Source: an uncultured virus (IMG/VR IMGVR_UViG_3300008261_000400) (Duplodnaviria > Heunggongvirae > Uroviricota > Caudoviricetes). From it: 64,000 nucleotides of DNA. The notes beneath the pieces are model-generated. The model had not been told where the DNA came from. It searched no databases and worked only from the letters and a program-made list of their open reading frames with translations. The position numbers and the translations under genes are program-made. The stretch lies in IMG/VR virus record IMGVR_UViG_3300008261_000400, one strand, 5' to 3'. Below are positions 59,901-64,000 of this stretch, in pieces; positions within the stretch are counted from its first letter, which is position 1, and every line of letters starts with the position of its first letter.

Positions 59901-60502
59901 TGGATGGTTTAGATGAATCAACATTCTTAAGAAGAACAAATGATGTATGGCATACCAGTCAAGATGGTGATAATAGATTCTATTTCACAACAGACGGAAA
60001 AACTTTATATGGATCTGCAAATGGACATGAGTTTAGAAACAGTTCAGATTCTGCTAGTTTCATCATAAACAATGATGGAACAGTAAACTTTAGTTCAACT
60101 GCAGTATTATCTTCTAATGGAATAACTGCTACAACAAACGCTCTTGTTGATAAGGTCATTTTAAAGAACTATGCAGAAAGACTCGTAAATGTTGGAAATA
60201 CTGGTAGTGCTACAACACTAAATCTTGCCGATGGTAATTTCTTCGCTGCAACATTAAATGCTAACTGTACTTTCACTTTCTCTTTAGGAGTTAATAACGC
60301 TTCTGCAACGAGTTTCACATTATTATTAACAAATGATGGTACTTCAGGTAGATCAATTGTATGGCCTGCCAGTGTTAAGTGGCCAAACTCAACCGTTCCA
60401 ACAAGAACCACATCAGCAAATCGTTCGGATGTTTATACGTTCTTCACTACTAATGGAGGTGCAAACTGGTATGGTGCCTTAGCACTATATAATTATGCAT
60501 AA
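53921..60502 (+). CDS. Large tail fibre / structural protein (2193 aa)
   Basis: MPLSRLENFL..PF.TIQRAL, SITNSNSNFG, SILRASGHTFEY; G(I/V)(T/S)T repeats, LNADLLDG; late-promoter-like CTAAATA at 53879. Confidence 0.85.
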   Translation: MPLSRLENFLKNAEGNILYVNPADFDATDSFENRGNSLTRPFRTIQRALIEAARFSYREGRNNDKIDTTTILVYPGTHYIDNRPGHSIQNVSGSAVFKKLVNGAWTTSGATLTEFDENSNFDIFDEDNDLYKYNSVEGGTILPRGTSIVGLDLRKTKIRPLYVPDPYNDNIANSAIFRVTGTCYFTAFTIFDADPSRVAYRDSTTAKVNPNFSHHKLTCFEYADGVNKVILDSNTTGLTDLEMYYYKITYAFGDTSGRGLPNFPVATGTDFEPSIDEYRIVGDLRSDAIGITSIKAGDGVVATKTISVKTSESHGLFKDTPVLIAGITTNLESYNGSFFVADVLSDTEFTYVSPSQPTDPLPDVATFVNSSVIVESDSTSSASPYIFSCTLRSVYGMNGLHADGSKATGFKSMLTAQFTGISLQKDDNAFILYDPETGIYNDNSTVADNEKPLHINSRAIYKPSYENVHMKASNNAIIQCVSIFAIGYAKHFVSESGGDQSITNSNSNFGAISLESSGFRGESFDRDDVGYITHVIPPREPAPRTSAVTWLPLDALKIVSAATTSRLYIANYKSADIPPPSQIDSYKVGGKRGEELYFSTIIGIAQSTFSSPVLMQVPSGISTSAEKIYTVGRSAGINSISSNIITLTSNHQLFNGEKVRIYSDTGELPSNVQNNKIYYALTNGVASNQIKLSSTLNDANSGNNITGISNGGGVITILSTVSDKNPGDAGHPIQYDTTERQWYVQSSPTTSTNKIYDAIVGIGTSVLGEVTGACYILRRVDNRGIDERIYRLRYVIPKEYLNARPPTDGFILQETKSAGIGSASFVSSNVEDPTQLKNPKIILDASYLSGTATIKTELPHNLVAGDLVKITNVVSSNNTTGSNEIPYNGSFIVNEVLGPREFNYIGLTSSPGTFLNQTNQRTTQQQIEALPTVQREKYKESIFIYRSTEIKKHIPGSDGQDGIYNLTAICGSIRPETSVGFGLSEKRFNQDVRNLYPQQDRDNFNSDPLPSTSFADLDPLGKISTNDKRLSITKEALNIFLENNRIGYAITGATVSGVGNTTITLYTNVEHGLNQIKSLSLINPGAGYNNSAGVTSTIYSADLVNGSINGEGASVKANISVGNTITSISLVNGGCAYGVGNTMTISASPAGSPTTSAVVQVTEIFDNVGDTLELSGFVNPAYNGIFRILSVPNSRSVQILNTGLGTDSSAAAYRQRTDSRYPIATLVSNGVGITTISYTKETGIATVTCLSAHGLIPGNTFKLVGTGSTFFSEKFFVNESVGINTFNFSAGISTISHTTSSSGMTVHKYGISANARALGAGEENLGGRGSYIYAGITTTLSGNISNTTTTLSLTSANGFKKGDYILINSEILRITSDPVGNSITVSRGQFSTSVSSALSGSSVRKIRVLPMEIRRHSILRASGHTFEYLGYGPGNYSTGLPVKQNRVLSEDEVLISQAREQDGGTVVYTGMNDRGEFYSGATKINGATGEETVIEAPIVTFFGEDETDTDVNNKLSGVFDDLVVKERITIEGGENNNQTSQFYGPVNFGQKVTCASEDGLETRDLFVKGIASQPKLITVGLATPTDPKKPGDISLLATPTPAGYIGHVYADGDWRRWGLISQQKDRNFLKFDQIGVGSSEGVYNFTDAAEVNGTLKVKNLYVGGAVTFASNQAFTAVTYEDITVTNQINYAGTGSSTYTIRHPDATSIAQFQNIEVTGTAATFTTARVRLENSLNSVFAGVSTFAGTVEIGNLVCSAGILTVFELRGNQIGIDTITVRNNAFITSGIVTNLYTNVSSATSFFGYVGVITSLTGLACTFTNVNGTNGFLSGLRATSSFATPNAFVNVGVTTTLSGTSLTYTRSSIGLATITNLNSTDWIGAPTAYINSGLVTAITANYIGGGLGGNPLSISVNSGVITSLTGTAATFTSVRASSSLVSNDLVSSPVGVITALSGDRANYTGIVTAQRYESTVATGAPPIVVASTTKVTNLNADLLDGLDESTFLRRTNDVWHTSQDGDNRFYFTTDGKTLYGSANGHEFRNSSDSASFIINNDGTVNFSSTAVLSSNGITATTNALVDKVILKNYAERLVNVGNTGSATTLNLADGNFFAATLNANCTFTFSLGVNNASATSFTLLLTNDGTSGRSIVWPASVKWPNSTVPTRTTSANRSDVYTFFTTNGGANWYGALALYNYA

Positions 60503-60511
60503 TTGATCTAA

Positions 60512-61105
60512 ATGATGGATATTAAATACTTAGATTTTATAGGGATGTACTCAGAAGTATATCCCGATGGATTTTGCAATCATGTAATTAATGAATTTGA
60601 AAAGTTAATAACTGCAGGACATTGTGGAAATCGTCAAGATAATGAAGGAGTGACAAAAACAAAAAAAGAAGATGTCTATTCTTTTTTAAACCTAAAAAAT
60701 CACTTATTAAAACCCTTTAATGGTGTCCCAGTTGTCGATATTTTTTTTGAAGGTTTGCAAAAATGTTATGAAAGTTACACTGACCAATTTGACATTTTAA
60801 AAGGCATAAGTCTTAAATGTACTGCTATAAAAATTCAAAAAACAGTTCCAGGTGCAGGTTATCATGTTTGGCATTGTGAACAGGGAAGCGATCTTGGCGC
60901 TGACAGATGTTTGGTTTATTCGTTATATCTAAATGACATAGATGGTGCTGGGGAAACGGAATTCTTATATCAAAAACTAAGAATTGAACCAAAAGAAAAT
61001 TGTATGATTATATGGCCAGCAGCATATACTCATACACATCGAGGAAATGTTGTTCATGGCAATAAATCCAAATATATAATAACAGGTTGGTTTTATTTGG
61101 ATTAA
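60512..61105 (+). CDS. 2OG-Fe(II) oxygenase
   Basis: GYHVWHCE, YLND..GETEF, WPA.YTHTHRG, KYIITGW. Confidence 0.9.
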   Translation: MMDIKYLDFIGMYSEVYPDGFCNHVINEFEKLITAGHCGNRQDNEGVTKTKKEDVYSFLNLKNHLLKPFNGVPVVDIFFEGLQKCYESYTDQFDILKGISLKCTAIKIQKTVPGAGYHVWHCEQGSDLGADRCLVYSLYLNDIDGAGETEFLYQKLRIEPKENCMIIWPAAYTHTHRGNVVHGNKSKYIITGWFYLD

Positions 61106-61109
61106 AAAG

Positions 61110-62066
61110 ATGCCTATAACCAGAGACATTTTCAGAGCAACAATGGAAGGTGGTGGAAGTGTAACTTTCATTGCTCCTGACACTTCAAATTTTGAAACTA
61201 CCTGGACAACACCTGCGAAAATTTCAAAAGTTTCTGTTGAAGGTGAAGGTGGTGTTGGAAATCCAGGTGGTGAAGGAATTGCTGGATCTGGAGGAAATGC
61301 TGGTGTAGGTAATGATGGAAACGCAGGCCGCTGCGGTGGTGGCGGAGGTGGTGGTGGTGCATGTTCAACCGCAGGAGATTTTAGAACCCAAGATGGTGCC
61401 TCAGGAAATCCCGGTACTTTTCCTGGAGGAGGTGGAGGTGCTGGAGGAGCAAAACGAGCTTCACTAAGTTACGGTACTTCCCCTAGACCCTCAGCAACTG
61501 CCACTGCAGGTTCTTCTGGTGGTGGCGGTACAAATGGAAATCCAGGCACTACTACTTCTGCAGGTTCTGGTGGTTCTGGTGGTTTTGGTCCTAGTGGTAA
61601 CCCAGGAAGAGCTAGTACTGTTTTTGGAATATCCTTTCCAGGGGGAGCTGGAGGTTCTGGTGGATCCGGAAATAATGGTACTCCAGGAACTAATGGTGGG
61701 GCTGGTACTGGTGGAGCCGGTGGTTCTGGTGGTGGCGGCGGCGGAGCTGGAAGTATTAATGCTGGAACATTTACTTCGGCTAGTGGAAATACTAGTTTCG
61801 GTGGTCCTGGTGGATTGGGAGCAGGAGACATATTTCCCGTAGTTTCATCCAGAACAGGAAATCCTGGAGGCAGTGGACCCGGAAGAACGGGTACAGGTTC
61901 TGCGACTGGTGGAGGAGGTGGAGGAGGCGGCTTCGCGGCCGACGGTCAACGTGGCGGTCCAGCAAATCCAACTACTGCAAGTGATATTGCAGTTACCCCT
62001 CTAACTAATTATCCAGTTTCTGTTGCTGCTGGTGGATACATAACAATCACTTGGGGTTCCCAATAA
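61110..62066 (+). CDS. Glycine-rich fibre-associated protein
   Basis: Poly-Gly and repeated GNPG/GxGG motifs; ends GYITITW. Confidence 0.75.
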   Translation: MPITRDIFRATMEGGGSVTFIAPDTSNFETTWTTPAKISKVSVEGEGGVGNPGGEGIAGSGGNAGVGNDGNAGRCGGGGGGGGACSTAGDFRTQDGASGNPGTFPGGGGGAGGAKRASLSYGTSPRPSATATAGSSGGGGTNGNPGTTTSAGSGGSGGFGPSGNPGRASTVFGISFPGGAGGSGGSGNNGTPGTNGGAGTGGAGGSGGGGGGAGSINAGTFTSASGNTSFGGPGGLGAGDIFPVVSSRTGNPGGSGPGRTGTGSATGGGGGGGGFAADGQRGGPANPTTASDIAVTPLTNYPVSVAAGGYITITWGSQ

Positions 62067-62092
62067 ATAGAAGTACTTACTGAAAATTAATT

Positions 62093-62545
62093 ATGGCACC
62101 TAAGAAAACATCAAAAACAAGACAGAAAATCCATCAACTTTATGAAGAAAACGAACTCGCAAATTTAGAGTCAAATAGAAATAGAGCGAGATCATTTTCA
62201 GTAGGAACAACCACTGGTGGAATCTTAGAAATAAGTATGAGAGGTGACTATTCTCATCTTTGGTATATACTCCAACCTGTAGAAGCTGTAGAGATAATTA
62301 ACCAATTGGCAGCTGCAACTGGATTAGAAGTTGCGATGAGACCCAGACAAGATTTTGCCACTTGGAGAGGATGGGACACCGATACTCCAAATGGTGCTTT
62401 TTGGGTGGGAGCTGCTGCTTGGCAACTAAAGGAAGAAGATAGACTTAAAATAGAGGAAACGAAAATGAAAAATATAAAATCAATTGAACCAGTAAATGAA
62501 AATGATGAAGTAAAAGAAGAAAGTGAAGTAAATGACGAAGAATGA
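62093..62545 (+). CDS. Hypothetical protein
   Basis: RARS.SVGT..GG..EI.MR..QLAA..DFATWR; late promoter AATAAATA at 62062. Confidence 0.7.
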   Translation: MAPKKTSKTRQKIHQLYEENELANLESNRNRARSFSVGTTTGGILEISMRGDYSHLWYILQPVEAVEIINQLAAATGLEVAMRPRQDFATWRGWDTDTPNGAFWVGAAAWQLKEEDRLKIEETKMKNIKSIEPVNENDEVKEESEVNDEE

Positions 62546-63089
62546 TTTTTATGTTTTAGTAGATACTAATACGAAACAAATAATAAGTAAATTAGAACCA
62601 CTCCCAGAATACTGGAAAAATATAGCTGGCCTAACCAATTTTTCTGAAGAAGAATTAAAGGACTTAAGTTGGAGTGGGAATCCAGGTTTAGGATGGATTA
62701 AAATAACTTCAGAATTATTGGAAGACTATAGTTCATCTCCAGAAAATTTAACTCTGAATAAAAATCATTTTAAACAAATTATTTCCGATCATTTTGAATT
62801 AAAAAAGGAAATAGGTGTTACTTATAAAAATATAAGGTGTCCTGTTAATAAAACTACTATTTTTGATTTAAATATTAAAAATTTACAAGCCGATCAAAGT
62901 CCAGAAAAAACATTTGTTTATAAGATAATAAACGATTATTATTCATTCCGTGCAGAAGAAATAAAAGAATTGTGTGATCTTATAAATCAACATGATATTG
63001 AATTATCACTATCAGAAATGAACATTTTTAAAGAAATTGAATCTTGTTCGACAGTACACGAGCTATCTAAAATTAATTATGATCTCTGA
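62532..63089 (+). CDS. Hypothetical, tail-fibre assembly-like protein
   Basis: LPEYWKNI.GL..DLSW.G..GW; position in fibre module. Confidence 0.6.
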   Translation: MTKNDFYVLVDTNTKQIISKLEPLPEYWKNIAGLTNFSEEELKDLSWSGNPGLGWIKITSELLEDYSSSPENLTLNKNHFKQIISDHFELKKEIGVTYKNIRCPVNKTTIFDLNIKNLQADQSPEKTFVYKIINDYYSFRAEEIKELCDLINQHDIELSLSEMNIFKEIESCSTVHELSKINYDL

Positions 63090-63750
63090 CTTTTTTTCAT
63101 ATAAAAATTCTTTAGATGATATCTATCAATTCCAAGTATTATCTAACGGATCAACTAGTGGATATTGGTATTTAAATCCTAAAGAGACTGTAAGTTATTC
63201 AACAGAAGATAATATCTTTGGTCCTGAAGAAATAAGGGCAATTATCTTTATTTCAAAAAAACTAAAAAAACAATATGGAACTGTTGGATCCGACGAAAAA
63301 GAAATTGTTATTAAGAAAATAAGAACATCTTCAATATGTTGGATGCCAATGAACTGCAATACAGATTGGATCTATAGAAGATTGACTGATTATGTCATTA
63401 ATCACAACAAGACATATTTTGATTTTGATTTAACAAAAATAGAATCTTTACAATTTACAGAATATAGAGGAGAAGAAACTGGACATTATTCCAAACATGT
63501 AGATCCAATGTTTTGGAATATACCAGAAGATCGAAAATTGAGTTTCGTAGTTCAACTATCCGATCCTTCAACATATGAGGGAGGTGATTTATTATTATAT
63601 TCTGGTATTTCTTCTGAACCAATAAAGATTGAAAAAAAGATAGGTAAAATAGTATTCTTTCCTTCCAATGTTTTACACGAAGTAACTCCAGTAACTAAAG
63701 GAACTCGACATACTCTAGTGGGTTGGGTTCATGGTCCCAAATTGAGGTAA
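63079..63750 (+). CDS. 2OG-Fe(II) oxygenase (PKHD-type hydroxylase-like)
   Basis: LQFTEY, HVD, RKLS..QLS..YEGGDL, FPS..HEVTPVTKGTR.LVGW. Confidence 0.9.
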   Translation: MISDFFSYKNSLDDIYQFQVLSNGSTSGYWYLNPKETVSYSTEDNIFGPEEIRAIIFISKKLKKQYGTVGSDEKEIVIKKIRTSSICWMPMNCNTDWIYRRLTDYVINHNKTYFDFDLTKIESLQFTEYRGEETGHYSKHVDPMFWNIPEDRKLSFVVQLSDPSTYEGGDLLLYSGISSEPIKIEKKIGKIVFFPSNVLHEVTPVTKGTRHTLVGWVHGPKLR

Positions 63751-63756
63751 TTTTCA

Positions 63757-64000
63757 ATGAGTTTTAGTAAAAATGGTTATTATATTATAGAAAATTTTCT
63801 TAATCATGATTTTTTAAAATTTATAGAACAATATTTTTATACAAGAATTAAATCTGGATTCAATGTCACCTATGGTGATGATCAAGCTCCAGGTAGTTGT
63901 TCATTTTATGGTGACCCTCTGATAGATACCATATTAGAAAATTCTAAAGAACATCTTTCTAAAGTAACAAATAAAATTTTGTTACCAACCTATAGTTACA
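63757..64000 (+). CDS. 2OG-Fe(II) oxygenase-like protein, 5' part (runs off window)
   Basis: GDDQAP..YGD..LLPTYSY, similar to domain 1 of 14661-15869. Confidence 0.75.
   Translation, partial: MSFSKNGYYIIENFLNHDFLKFIEQYFYTRIKSGFNVTYGDDQAPGSCSFYGDPLIDTILENSKEHLSKVTNKILLPTYSY

Noticed and set aside
61469..61842. Pro-rich minus-strand and Val/Leu-rich alternative-frame ORFs
   Set aside because: By-products of GGT/GGA codon runs in the Gly-rich gene

Overview
A 64 kb segment of a large, AT-rich T4-like cyanophage (myovirus; probably a freshwater Synechococcus/Cyanobium phage, which is inference from gene content). It begins with the end of psbA and a complete psbD, followed by a dense accessory region. 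That region holds kdsB/kdsA, two amidinotransferases, radical SAM and 2OG-Fe(II) enzymes, talC, two small fibre-tip proteins, three GT25 glycosyltransferases, a short DegT-type aminotransferase, glutaredoxin, speD, a tandem glutamine (glnA) riboswitch operon, thyX, two GT2/GT7-like transferases and phoH. The T4 core block follows (exonuclease, gp33, gp59, gp32, gp53, gp48, gp2, gp4, gp54/19-like, gp26, gp51, tape-measure-like/lysozyme proteins, hub, CP12, gp5), then tRNAs, cpeT, a Mom-like gene and a 2193-aa tail fibre with its oxygenase/Gly-rich module. Most notable: (1) an NtcA-boxed tandem glutamine riboswitch whose P2 loops carry ORFs; (2) a hydroxylase + 3xGT25 + aminotransferase + amidinotransferase operon next to fibre genes, a possible guanidino-sugar decoration pathway; (3) a probable -1 frameshift fusing gp26 and gp51; (4) a stand-alone candidate sRNA of about 70 nt; (5) an apparently circularly permuted M23-like peptidase. 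All family assignments come from motif recognition by eye; no database searches were run.
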